IMG/VR virus record: IMGVR_UViG_3300007622_000019
Span: 1-26,169 of that record
DNA: 26,169 nucleotides
Source of the DNA: a virus
Taxonomy: Duplodnaviria > Caudoviricetes
Strand: one strand, 5' to 3'
How positions within the stretch are numbered: the first letter of the stretch is position 1; each line of letters starts with the position of its first letter. The position numbers and the translations under genes are program-made. This document shows, one piece after another, positions 18,601-25,563 of this stretch. A model generated the notes under the pieces. It saw only the letters and a program-made list of their open reading frames with translations. It was not told the origin of the DNA and did no database searches.

Positions 18601-19243
18601 TGCCGCCGCTTGTCGTTGGCAATGCAGTACCCGACAAACTAAACGCCAATGTGCCGCTAGTTGTGATGGGCGAACCCGCAATAGACAGGAACGATGGAAC
18701 ACTTGCCGCAACGCTAGTTACAGTGCCTAATGGGTTTGCCGCCCAAGATGTGTCAGTACCATCGGTTGTTAAATATTTACCGCTGTTACCCGTTTGGCTT
18801 GGCGCTAAAGCATTGAAAGCCGCATTAGCAGTTGATTGTCCCGTACCGCCATAAACAATAGCTAAATCAGTTGTTAACGTTAAAGAAGCGGCGTTAAGTG
18901 CTGCAGGTAGTGTGACATCCCCAACAGTATCTTCGTACACTGCCTTTTCAGATGGGTACGTAACAAACACATCCACTGCGCCGGTAAAGTTAACCAGTGC
19001 GCCAGAGTTGGATGAAGACAGGGGTGTGGCGTTACGAGTCAGTGTCGTACCAGACAATGTGTAAACACCAAAGTTGACTTCCCAGGCACCAGACACAGGA
19101 TCGACGATTGCAAAGTACGTTGTGTTAGTGTCACCAACTGCGGCAAAAGATTGGAATCCAGTGGGTGTGGAACCCAAGGTAATTGTGCCCGTACCCGGCG
19201 CAGCAGCGGCTTGTTTAACCCGATCTTTTACTATTAGAGCCAT
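15683..19243 (-). CDS. Long tail fibre with NTAVG/NVAIG (YadA-head-like beta-roll) repeats
   Basis: 1186 aa. N-terminal KDRVKQ attachment domain, GGTG shaft motifs, many ~14-aa N-x-A-[VIL]-G repeats over about 16130-17950, and a short C-terminal domain. Confidence 0.88.
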   Translation of the reverse strand: MALIVKDRVKQAAAAPGTGTITLGSTPTGFQSFAAVGDTNTTYFAIVDPVSGAWEVNFGVYTLSGTTLTRNATPLSSSNSGALVNFTGAVDVFVTYPSEKAVYEDTVGDVTLPAALNAASLTLTTDLAIVYGGTGQSTANAAFNALAPSQTGNSGKYLTTDGTDTSWAANPLGTVTSVAASVPSFLSIAGSPITTSGTLAFSLSGTALPTTSGGTGLTSFTSGGVVYASSSSALFTGSALTFDGTTLVSPVFQATTTNAFKTNSSSGQYYHFDNASGNNFMGLSATNILNFYVGGLNSATFTAFGLAVTGTLSATGITTLSAATTPLLLSGAGSSSTTLASNYAIRINAGATAANYGGIFFDGSTAYDSFFGRVPTALSGINDGVGYVTYAGGAPTLRTLFSSTGLAVTGTFSSTLDATIYGLTVGRGAGAVSTNTVVGASAFAANATGADNVAIGRAAGSGATGSYGTYVGSLAGNSSITGNSNTAVGYYAYGSGGSGAFNTAIGQQALYLNTSSSYNTAIGYHANYLNQTGAGQNTSVGAFAMYTNNGGYYNTALGSEAMYYNSTGTNNVAVGFRALQNNSTASYNTAVGHQAAFSNQAGLFITALGYQAGYTTNFVSATNAFNTFLGERSGYANVTGDKNTYVGSTSGFYQLGTSNTAVGEGSMFGAVTVSNAILNTSVGRNSMNAVTTGSYNVALGSDALKTTNSGFANVALGYQSAFLNQSGRYLVSIGYQAGYNYNAAETFGSTFVGNSAGSSVSSGVQNTFIGGYSGLYPTGSYNTGVGYQAVKGYAGNATGEYNTGVGGAALANFTSGERNSAVGIASLSGNTSGSNNSAVGMYSLVGNTVASNNVGVGYLSGYLNSLGNANVFLGAYAGYNSNPSTAVSTYNVYIGYNAGASATTGTSNTAVGASAYAQGSAATGSNNTAIGLQALASNTSASNNTAVGFNSLYNTTTGINNNALGYEAGKRLSTGSYNLFVGSRSGSTGLTALTGDSNSCIGEGSGYYLEGAANGNTFLGQNSGSAVTTGTNNVILGRYTGNNNGLDIRASSNYIVLADGSANPRVVVDNFSKVLISSNTGTSGTAFGIANLNSLTMTTSTTVNLPFNTAGAMMIQFYDQGTGNGGMYFATYTGTTILVASQGNMGATAGASSFNCYKTANSHQVTVENNAGITRSLAFAVYAAYL
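18012..18332. repeat. 21-bp exact direct repeat (GTTCCAGTGACTGCAAGACCA) at 18012-18032 and 18312-18332
   Basis: Read directly from the sequence; both copies encode GLAVTGT and lie 300 bp apart. Confidence 0.9.
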
Positions 19244-19252
19244 TTGTTATCC

Positions 19253-19873
19253 TTACGACGGTAGGTTAGTCCAACCGGGTGTCTGAACATTGCTGATATT
19301 TTGCCAGTTTGCGTTCTGGCTGTCATCTATTACAGCCCAAACAAGCACGTTGTTTATCGAGACAGTCAACTGAATTCCATCTGGGCGGATGTTTAACGTT
19401 TTTAAAACAATCAAACTGTCTGCGGCATTGGCCAACTCAGCTATGTTAGCAAGAAACTGAACCTGCGCGGTTTGAGAATTGGATGCCGTAGCTGCCTCTG
19501 CAATCGCCGCATTCGTACTCTTTAAAGCAGAAAACGTTTCTGACGCCGACGCAGATTCCGAGATTAGCCCACCAAAACTAGTAAGAGCACTTGATTGCGC
19601 GGATGCCGACACAATCTCAGAGATGGCAGCAAGTACCGCTGAACTAGCCGCGAAAGTTTCTGAGGCTGTAGCCTGCTCCGAAATAGCTACTAACAGAGCC
19701 TTAACTGCCGTTTGAAAATCTGTAGCCGTAGCAGACTCAGACAAAGAAGCAAGGACTGCCGTTTGCGCAGACTGAGTGTTAGACGCCGAAGCCGCCTCTG
19801 ATAAAGAGACAGGCTCCGTCTTATTGCCTAGGGAAGCAAAAGGTGATTGAGCAAAAGTGCCGCCTGCAAACAC
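19253..19873 (-). CDS. Minor tail protein with ~7 x 20-aa Ala/Ser repeats
   Basis: GTG start; FAQSPFA N-terminal motif; [LI][SA]E-x-A-[ST]-A every 20 aa; Trp-containing C-terminus. Confidence 0.7.
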   Translation of the reverse strand: MFAGGTFAQSPFASLGNKTEPVSLSEAASASNTQSAQTAVLASLSESATATDFQTAVKALLVAISEQATASETFAASSAVLAAISEIVSASAQSSALTSFGGLISESASASETFSALKSTNAAIAEAATASNSQTAQVQFLANIAELANAADSLIVLKTLNIRPDGIQLTVSINNVLVWAVIDDSQNANWQNISNVQTPGWTNLPS

Positions 19874-19885
19874 CGCATTACCTGA

Positions 19886-20455
19886 TTAAACGGCGTCAAG
19901 AGAGAATGTATAGGTAACAGTCAGCGTGTCACCACTGTCCACAAGCTTGTCGCCGCCAGTAAAATCACCAGCGGAAAACAAAACACCGGACGTACCAGAG
20001 GTTACGCTGCACAAGAATGCGCCCGCAATGGTCTGTGAGTTGGCGTTCATGGTAAACACAGCAGGAGAAGCGGTGTTGGCTATAACCGAAGGGTCTGCAG
20101 TGGTAGCCGTACCAAACGTTGCTGTCTTGCGGGTGCCAATGTAAGCTGTGTTTTCTGTCCAGCCCGCATGCGTAGCTAAAGTATCAGCAGCGGCAAACGT
20201 AGTGCCCGAACCGGGGCCAGTCACCAGACCCAAGAACCAAGTGGCCGTATAAGCAGAGCCTAAGAAATACTTGGTGTTCATGTCCTGCAGACCTTGATTT
20301 ACCACCAAGTTGTGGAAGCTGTCAGTCCACTTTAAGTTACCACCTGCATCATGGCAAACAACTGTGTAAACACCGCCTGCGCCAACAGATTCACCAAGGG
20401 CAGGGCGGGTAATTAAAGAAGCTGTTACTTCGTCTTTTGCTGAACTGAATTCCAT
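19886..20455 (-). CDS. Minor tail/structural protein
   Basis: 189 aa, beta-rich; HNLVVNQGL and GDTLTVTYTF motifs seen in phage tail proteins. Confidence 0.65.
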   Translation of the reverse strand: MEFSSAKDEVTASLITRPALGESVGAGGVYTVVCHDAGGNLKWTDSFHNLVVNQGLQDMNTKYFLGSAYTATWFLGLVTGPGSGTTFAAADTLATHAGWTENTAYIGTRKTATFGTATTADPSVIANTASPAVFTMNANSQTIAGAFLCSVTSGTSGVLFSAGDFTGGDKLVDSGDTLTVTYTFSLDAV

Positions 20456-20464
20456 GATAAATCC

Positions 20465-20914
20465 TTAAGAGATGCGCACGATAGCGCTGTTGGCATCGGG
20501 AGTTGGGAAGATGATTTGGAACGTATCGTTGTTTACGGTTTTGTCTGTACCAAAGTCCAACACAGCTACAGACTTGTTACCCTGTGTAAAGTTGTAGATC
20601 AAAGCCGCACGAGCAGTAAACGTAGCGTTTGTCCAGCTTGTGTTGTTAAACGAAATAAAAGCGGTAGGGACACCAGCCGTGTTATTTGCCGATGTTGGCG
20701 ATGTAGAAATTACCAGAGTATTCCCGCCCGTTGTGTAGCCGCCCCCGTTTGGCACTTCATTGACTGACGAGTAGATGGTTGTAGTTTCATTGATATTTGC
20801 CGCCGCAGAGTACAACGCGACTTTAAACGTGTTTGGGGATGTTGGGCCAAAGTTATGAACCGCTTGAAACAGCTCAACTTTAAAACTTGTGGTAGCCGAT
20901 TGAAGAATACTCAT
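20465..20914 (-). CDS. Minor tail/structural protein
   Basis: 149 aa; FKVALY...GYTTGG...ARAALIYN...VLDFG motif series typical of phage structural proteins. Confidence 0.7.
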   Translation of the reverse strand: MSILQSATTSFKVELFQAVHNFGPTSPNTFKVALYSAAANINETTTIYSSVNEVPNGGGYTTGGNTLVISTSPTSANNTAGVPTAFISFNNTSWTNATFTARAALIYNFTQGNKSVAVLDFGTDKTVNNDTFQIIFPTPDANSAIVRIS

Positions 20915-21567
20915 GATACTGCAACCCTTACTTGACCATCGCGATAAGCATCACCGCGCTGTTTGCCGTCGGCAAGATTTTTATACAAAGCAATTGCTTG
21001 CACATAACGTTCATTGGCAACAGTCATCATATCTGCTTCGCTCTTCATGTAGACCAAAGCTTCACAAATAGTTCCGTATAACAACACCGAATCAAAATTA
21101 TCACCAAGCCACGTATTGGTAGCGGTAACAATAGATTCTGGGTAGTAGTAATAATGCAGCTCTGCCATGTACGCCGCATTGGGCGTAGGGCCAACAATGA
21201 AAGTTAGTTCGTTAATGTCATTAGACTGTGGGCCAAAGAGCGCGTAGTGTTTAGGCTTCCCAGTTGTTGTTGGGTTAGGGTACGCCTCGCGCATGAAGTT
21301 CACATCTTTGTTCAACAGAAACAAAAAATCACCAGTCCCAGAAGCTGGGTATATGGCTAAGCTATACACCGACAAAAAATCTGCCGGGCAGCCAAGATAC
21401 TTATTACCTGAACTCAACGCGCCTGTCACATTCTTTCGCAAATTAGCTGGTTGCGCAGTGTTGTAAATGCGCTGCTCCGCCTGACGAATGAACACGTTAA
21501 TGTTATCAGTCGGAAAAGCATTCTCGCAGTAATCGTTTACCTGCGTGACAAGCTGCGTGTAGTTCAT
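20911..21567 (-). CDS. Head-tail adaptor-like protein 2
   Basis: 218 aa with helix-beta-helix layout (MNYTQL..., FIRQAEQRI, GKPKHY, VGPTPN, LLYGTICEA). Confidence 0.65.
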   Translation of the reverse strand: MNYTQLVTQVNDYCENAFPTDNINVFIRQAEQRIYNTAQPANLRKNVTGALSSGNKYLGCPADFLSVYSLAIYPASGTGDFLFLLNKDVNFMREAYPNPTTTGKPKHYALFGPQSNDINELTFIVGPTPNAAYMAELHYYYYPESIVTATNTWLGDNFDSVLLYGTICEALVYMKSEADMMTVANERYVQAIALYKNLADGKQRGDAYRDGQVRVAVS

Positions 21568-21827
21568 GCCATTGGGCCCCTAGCCATCACACCTTTGGTA
21601 GCTGCGCCCGTACCACGAATTTTAATGCCAGAGGTTTTGGCGGCTGGTTGGGGACGACGATCAATGTTACCTACAGACATATTGACTGTATTAGCATCGC
21701 TGTGGTCAGGGCCAGAGCCAGGATTAGTAGAAGCTGTAACCACCTTACCAGTCATGGTGTGTGGTGTCGCGTATACCTTAGCATCGCCAACTTCTTTACC
21801 CATCATCTTTTTGCTAAATGTAGCCAT
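21564..21827 (-). CDS. Small basic protein
   Basis: 87 aa; C-terminal KIRGTGAATKG; ATGA overlap with the next gene. Confidence 0.75.
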   Translation of the reverse strand: MATFSKKMMGKEVGDAKVYATPHTMTGKVVTASTNPGSGPDHSDANTVNMSVGNIDRRPQPAAKTSGIKIRGTGAATKGVMARGPMA

Positions 21828-21829
21828 GA

Positions 21830-22018
21830 TTAGCCTCTTTTCTGATTGGCAATCTTTGCCAAGTTGCGACCCATAGTCTTCATGTCAGAGTTGGTTTTAC
21901 CCTTACCCTTACCTTTTCCGCCCATTATTTCTTTTGTAGATGGGCCACTGCTAGGGAAGACTTTAACATCGGTCTTACCCTTTTTGGCGATGCCATCTGC
22001 TGATCGTGTGTATGCCAT
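21830..22018 (-). CDS. Small Lys-rich protein
   Basis: 62 aa; SADGIAKKGKT motif; RBS AGGAG. Confidence 0.75.
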   Translation of the reverse strand: MAYTRSADGIAKKGKTDVKVFPSSGPSTKEIMGGKGKGKGKTNSDMKTMGRNLAKIANQKRG

Positions 22019-22019
22019 T

Positions 22020-22412
22020 TTAAGCTCCTATTTGTATCGTTACTGTACCAACTTGTACGCCTAATGCCAAGTAATTTGGCGTTAGTAGATTATCGTTTAA
22101 CCTAGACCCGCCAACCGGGTTCCAGCCCCACTGAATGTCTCGCGAACCACCAGACAAATTACCATTACTGTTAATGCCAGATGTTACATACGTTGTATCC
22201 CTACGCGGATTGCGTAGCGCTTGTGGGTCATCCACAGGAAACGTACCCAACATCAATTGTGGCTGATCTGGGTCCCAGCATTCAGGGCAAACCAATAACT
22301 CATATTTGCGCTGTTTAATAATTTCAGTTTTAAGATTCTTCAATCTAAACTGTTGACCACAGCGGTCACATTCAGCAATCGCTATTTTGCCGGATGCAAA
22401 ACGATTACCCAT
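22020..22412 (-). CDS. Zn-ribbon protein
   Basis: 130 aa; CDRC...CPEC; TGATG overlap with the adaptor gene. Confidence 0.75.
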   Translation of the reverse strand: MGNRFASGKIAIAECDRCGQQFRLKNLKTEIIKQRKYELLVCPECWDPDQPQLMLGTFPVDDPQALRNPRRDTTYVTSGINSNGNLSGGSRDIQWGWNPVGGSRLNDNLLTPNYLALGVQVGTVTIQIGA

Positions 22413-23347
22413 CAGTAACCTCCGCCGCTTCCAATAAACATCTGCCTAGGAACAAACCGAACTGCGGCCTTTTCCCGATCTTCACCAGCGGCAATTTCAA
22501 ACGTTTCGTTATAAATTTGTTTGAGCATTTCAATGCGCGGCATTAACTCAGGTACTTTGATGGCAATGTGATACGCCAAGCCAGCTACCAAACAAGGTAA
22601 GAAACGGAAATTCATATCGGCTGTTTCAACACCGGCGCCGGCGTCTTGCACTCTACGCAACCGGTAGTAAACAAATTGGTAAGATGTACTGTTGTCGGGC
22701 GTAGGCCATACAGTAACGGCTGGAAGTTGGGGAACATAAACGGCGGTGCTAGTTATATGCGTAGCCGCTGTAGTGTTATTTTGCCCACGGAACACACCAC
22801 CCAGGACATTCCCTGTGATGTATGTGTAGTAGATATCTTCTGAATCTAAACGGATAAACCCAGATCCGGCTAACCCAACCACCGTGTTAAGCGTGATCGT
22901 TGTGGCTGTTGCGGTAATCGCACCATCAAGCACAGAGCTTGTAGGATTTGTCTCCCCAGATAACCGCTGAATCCATACCTGAATCGGTCGCGCCTGTTGT
23001 AGCTTGTTTGGTATTGTTGCATAGGTAGAAACACTAATGCGGGTAATAGTCAAATCCGCCTGGGTAGATGCTGTGTTGGAGCCCGTGCGGATTACATGCT
23101 CTAGCAAATCAATCGTGTCTGTGGGTAGGGCATATGTAGCTAGACCAGGCGTCAGGTTAATAACGCCCTGCTCCATCGTCCACATGTTGATACCTTTAGA
23201 CTGCCACTCAATGGTCATTAGGTTCATAGACCTACGTGCTGTACGCAAGTCATAACCAGACCTCATCTCCCGGCCCGCACGCTCCCATGCCTCTTCAGCG
23301 ATTTCCGTAAAGTCCATATTGAAAAGCGTAGAGCCGGTAGTGGTCAT
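22412..23347 (-). CDS. Head-tail adaptor / tail tubular protein A-like, with inserted beta domain
   Basis: 311 aa; EIAEEAWERAG...ARRSMNL, YALP, VWPTPD, RFLPCLVAGLAY. Confidence 0.7.
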   Translation of the reverse strand: MTTTGSTLFNMDFTEIAEEAWERAGREMRSGYDLRTARRSMNLMTIEWQSKGINMWTMEQGVINLTPGLATYALPTDTIDLLEHVIRTGSNTASTQADLTITRISVSTYATIPNKLQQARPIQVWIQRLSGETNPTSSVLDGAITATATTITLNTVVGLAGSGFIRLDSEDIYYTYITGNVLGGVFRGQNNTTAATHITSTAVYVPQLPAVTVWPTPDNSTSYQFVYYRLRRVQDAGAGVETADMNFRFLPCLVAGLAYHIAIKVPELMPRIEMLKQIYNETFEIAAGEDREKAAVRFVPRQMFIGSGGGY

Positions 23348-23592
23348 TTTTTAGCAGTCTTTGCAGATTGAACAAAAGCATTAGCAGTAGGAGCACCTTT
23401 AGCTCCAGGCGTACGCATCTTTTCTTTAGACCCAGCGGCTATCCGTTTACGTTTAGCGTTAATGTTGGCATACAAACCAGCAGGGCCGCCCTCAGCATAT
23501 TGCGTAAAGTCAGTATTGTCCCGACGCGCCTTCTTTGTACCCTTGGGCATTTTGCTGGGAAGAACGGCTCCCATTCCACGACTTGCCATCAT
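23344..23592 (-). CDS. Small basic protein
   Basis: 82 aa; SRGMGA, YAEGG and GLYANINAKRKR; coupled at both ends. Confidence 0.75.
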   Translation of the reverse strand: MMASRGMGAVLPSKMPKGTKKARRDNTDFTQYAEGGPAGLYANINAKRKRIAAGSKEKMRTPGAKGAPTANAFVQSAKTAKK

Positions 23593-23759
23593 TTTGAATT
23601 CCCTTTAGTTTTCTTAGCTAAAAACAATTTATCAACCATCTCTATCCGTTGAGGTTTGGTTGTAACTTTATTAATAATGCTTAGACGTTTGGGTTTTGCT
23701 GCCTCATAAAATCCAGCTTTTTTTAAAGACTTAACTACTGAAGTTTTTGAGGTTGCCAT
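23589..23759 (-). CDS. Small Lys-rich protein
   Basis: Start reassigned to ATG 23759, just after the upstream stop; 56 aa, very basic. Confidence 0.65.
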   Translation of the reverse strand: MATSKTSVVKSLKKAGFYEAAKPKRLSIINKVTTKPQRIEMVDKLFLAKKTKGNSK

Positions 23760-23760
23760 A

Positions 23761-24057
23761 TCAGCACATTCCACCATTTTTCATGGCAATCATAGTGCCT
23801 TTGGTTTTACCTTTTGTGGCACAACCATCAGCACGCTTGGAAGCAGAGCCACCAGAAGAAAACTTACGGGGGGCAGACTTTCCGTCAATGTCTTGAGGTA
23901 CAGGCATGCCTTCACGGAATACCGAGTCTTTTGGTGCGGGCTTTTTTGGCGTAGGCTTTTTTGGCGTAGGCTTTTTAGCCGATGGAACACCTTCTGGATC
24001 AGTCGGTGGTTTACCCATTTCGGCAGTATAAATACCGCCGTCGTTAAAACGTTTCAT
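23761..24057 (-). CDS. Small basic protein with PKK repeats and GG motifs
   Basis: 98 aa; RBS AAGGAG; FNDGG, FSSGG, MKNGG; RADGCATKGKTKG. Confidence 0.8.
   Translation of the reverse strand: MKRFNDGGIYTAEMGKPPTDPEGVPSAKKPTPKKPTPKKPAPKDSVFREGMPVPQDIDGKSAPRKFSSGGSASKRADGCATKGKTKGTMIAMKNGGMC
23939..23976. repeat. 15-bp tandem repeat, 2.5 copies (GGCTTTTTTGGCGTA)
   Basis: Read directly from the sequence; encodes KKPTPKKPTPKKP. Confidence 0.85.
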
Positions 24058-24066
24058 GATAGCTCC

Positions 24067-24534
24067 TTAGCAAGGCATGCCGCCCATGTTCATTTTAATC
24101 ATCTTGCCTTTGGTTTTGCCTTTAGTAGCAATACCATTAGCGGAAGCGCGGAAGGTGCCGCCTTTAGCCAGCTTGGTCATGGATTCACCTTTGTGCAAAC
24201 GGCCTTCGTGTTTGTTCACGGCCTTTTGCATCATGGTTTTATCCATCTTGACATCTTTGTGGGCCATGCCGCCTTTAGCCATTTTGCCTTTGCCGTCAGC
24301 CGCAAAGTCAGGAACCATCTTCCCGCCTTTGTTGACCATAGTCATACCGCCGTCTGCATAGCCACCCATGTTCATCTTTTTCATATCGTCACCTTTAGAA
24401 AATTTCTTGCCTTTATCGGCAGTTACAAAATCTTTACCCACTGACATGGGTACGCCTGCTTTCTTGGCAAACGATGGCGAATGTGCAATCGCGGCCATGA
24501 AATTGTGTTGAGCTTTACTTTTGCTCGGCATCAT
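24067..24534 (-). CDS. Lys/Met/Gly-rich basic protein with multiple GG motifs
   Basis: 155 aa; MPSKSKAQHNFMAA N-terminus; MNMGG x2, YADGG, MAKGG, LAKGG. Confidence 0.8.
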   Translation of the reverse strand: MMPSKSKAQHNFMAAIAHSPSFAKKAGVPMSVGKDFVTADKGKKFSKGDDMKKMNMGGYADGGMTMVNKGGKMVPDFAADGKGKMAKGGMAHKDVKMDKTMMQKAVNKHEGRLHKGESMTKLAKGGTFRASANGIATKGKTKGKMIKMNMGGMPC

Positions 24535-24779
24535 TTCCCCGCTTGAAGAAGCTGGTCAATTTTTGCTTCAAGCTTGTTAAAGCGTTGGTCAATGTGGTTA
24601 GTAATTCTGTCAATTTCTGCTTGAGTAACGTTATCACGGGCAACCTCCTCGCGTGTTTTGTTCAACAGAATACTGATACGAGCCAGCTCCCTGAACTTTT
24701 CATTCATCATATAGCCTAATAGTCCAATCACTAATGACAGAACAGCAGACCAAGCGGTGTTTAAATCTAACAATTCCAA
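24531..24779 (-). CDS. Small membrane protein (N-terminal TM plus coiled coil)
   Basis: About 80 aa. Only TTG starts (24779 or 24773) precede the TM segment, overlapping the upstream stop. Confidence 0.65.
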   Translation of the reverse strand: MELLDLNTAWSAVLSLVIGLLGYMMNEKFRELARISILLNKTREEVARDNVTQAEIDRITNHIDQRFNKLEAKIDQLLQAGK

Positions 24780-25012
24780 GCCCTCAATGCTTTATTGATC
24801 CGTGAATCTGGATCGTTGGCTGTCTTGGCAGAGGTTAGCTTCTTTTTCATGCCACTCATCCTTGCACAGAAAGAGTCGCGCCGTGAGCCGCCTTCCGGCT
24901 GGGGAGGTTTCAAGTTCATGCCTTGCGCTTTCGCGGAGGCCCGACCCTTGGCGTTCAAGCCGCCCTTCTCGGATTTGCCTTCTTTCCTCTGCCATGCTGG
25001 TGACTTAGCCAT
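24767..25012 (-). CDS. Small basic phage protein (DUF6321-like, from memory)
   Basis: Start reassigned to ATG 25012 (8-nt overlap); GGLNAKGRAS...RRDSFCARM...ALRAWNC. Confidence 0.7.
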   Translation of the reverse strand: MAKSPAWQRKEGKSEKGGLNAKGRASAKAQGMNLKPPQPEGGSRRDSFCARMSGMKKKLTSAKTANDPDSRINKALRAWNC

Positions 25013-25520
25013 AGTAAATCTGCGTTGAGTCAATATTGGTCATCAAAGCATAAATGCCTTGAGTAGCTAATACTCCTTCACCCGGAATAATAGGCGCATT
25101 ACTAAAAGTATCAGTACTGTCTATTTCGTAAGTCATCAACCAACGACCACCGCCACTTACATACGAAGCCGCAGTAGAAGTGATTGTTCCGGTGTTAATG
25201 TCTGTTAGCGTAAATGTGCTTGACGAAGCAACAGTGATAACATAGTTGCCATCTGTTGCAGACTGACTTGTATTGCTGTCAAAGTGAATACCAACAACAT
25301 TGCCCGTAGACAGGCCGTGAGCAGTTTTTGTTACCGTTACAGTTGTACCAGAACGAGCGTATGTAACGCTAGAAGTTACTGGAACAGAAGCTGTATCAAA
25401 CAACACTACAGTGCCATCCGTACCAGTACCAAAAAACGAAATGCCTTTAACGCGATTTCGTCCAAGAACAAAAAAACCACTTTGGTTTAAATGCCCTTGT
25501 TTAACGTCTGTTTGCATCAT
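25005..25520 (-). CDS. Putative virion structural protein with inserted beta-barrel (FCCH-like) domain
   Basis: ATG at 25520 or 25517 after RBS AAGGAG; internal TVTVTKTAHGLSTGNVV...YVITV...TFTL. Confidence 0.65.
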   Translation of the reverse strand: MMQTDVKQGHLNQSGFFVLGRNRVKGISFFGTGTDGTVVLFDTASVPVTSSVTYARSGTTVTVTKTAHGLSTGNVVGIHFDSNTSQSATDGNYVITVASSSTFTLTDINTGTITSTAASYVSGGGRWLMTYEIDSTDTFSNAPIIPGEGVLATQGIYALMTNIDSTQIYYG

Positions 25521-25534
25521 AATCAATCTCCTTT

Positions 25535-25554
25535 AAAAACGGGGCCGAAGCCCC
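25535..25554 (-). terminator. Rho-independent terminator with cUUCGg tetraloop
   Basis: Minus strand GGGGC-TTCG-GCCCC-GTTTTT, just after the stop of the 182-aa gene. Confidence 0.85.
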
Positions 25555-25563
25555 TTGGGTTGA

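Noticed and set aside
13486-24444. Numerous plus-strand ORFs of 60-183 aa
   Set aside because: All lie antisense to well-supported minus-strand genes with biased composition, and I found no independent coding signal.
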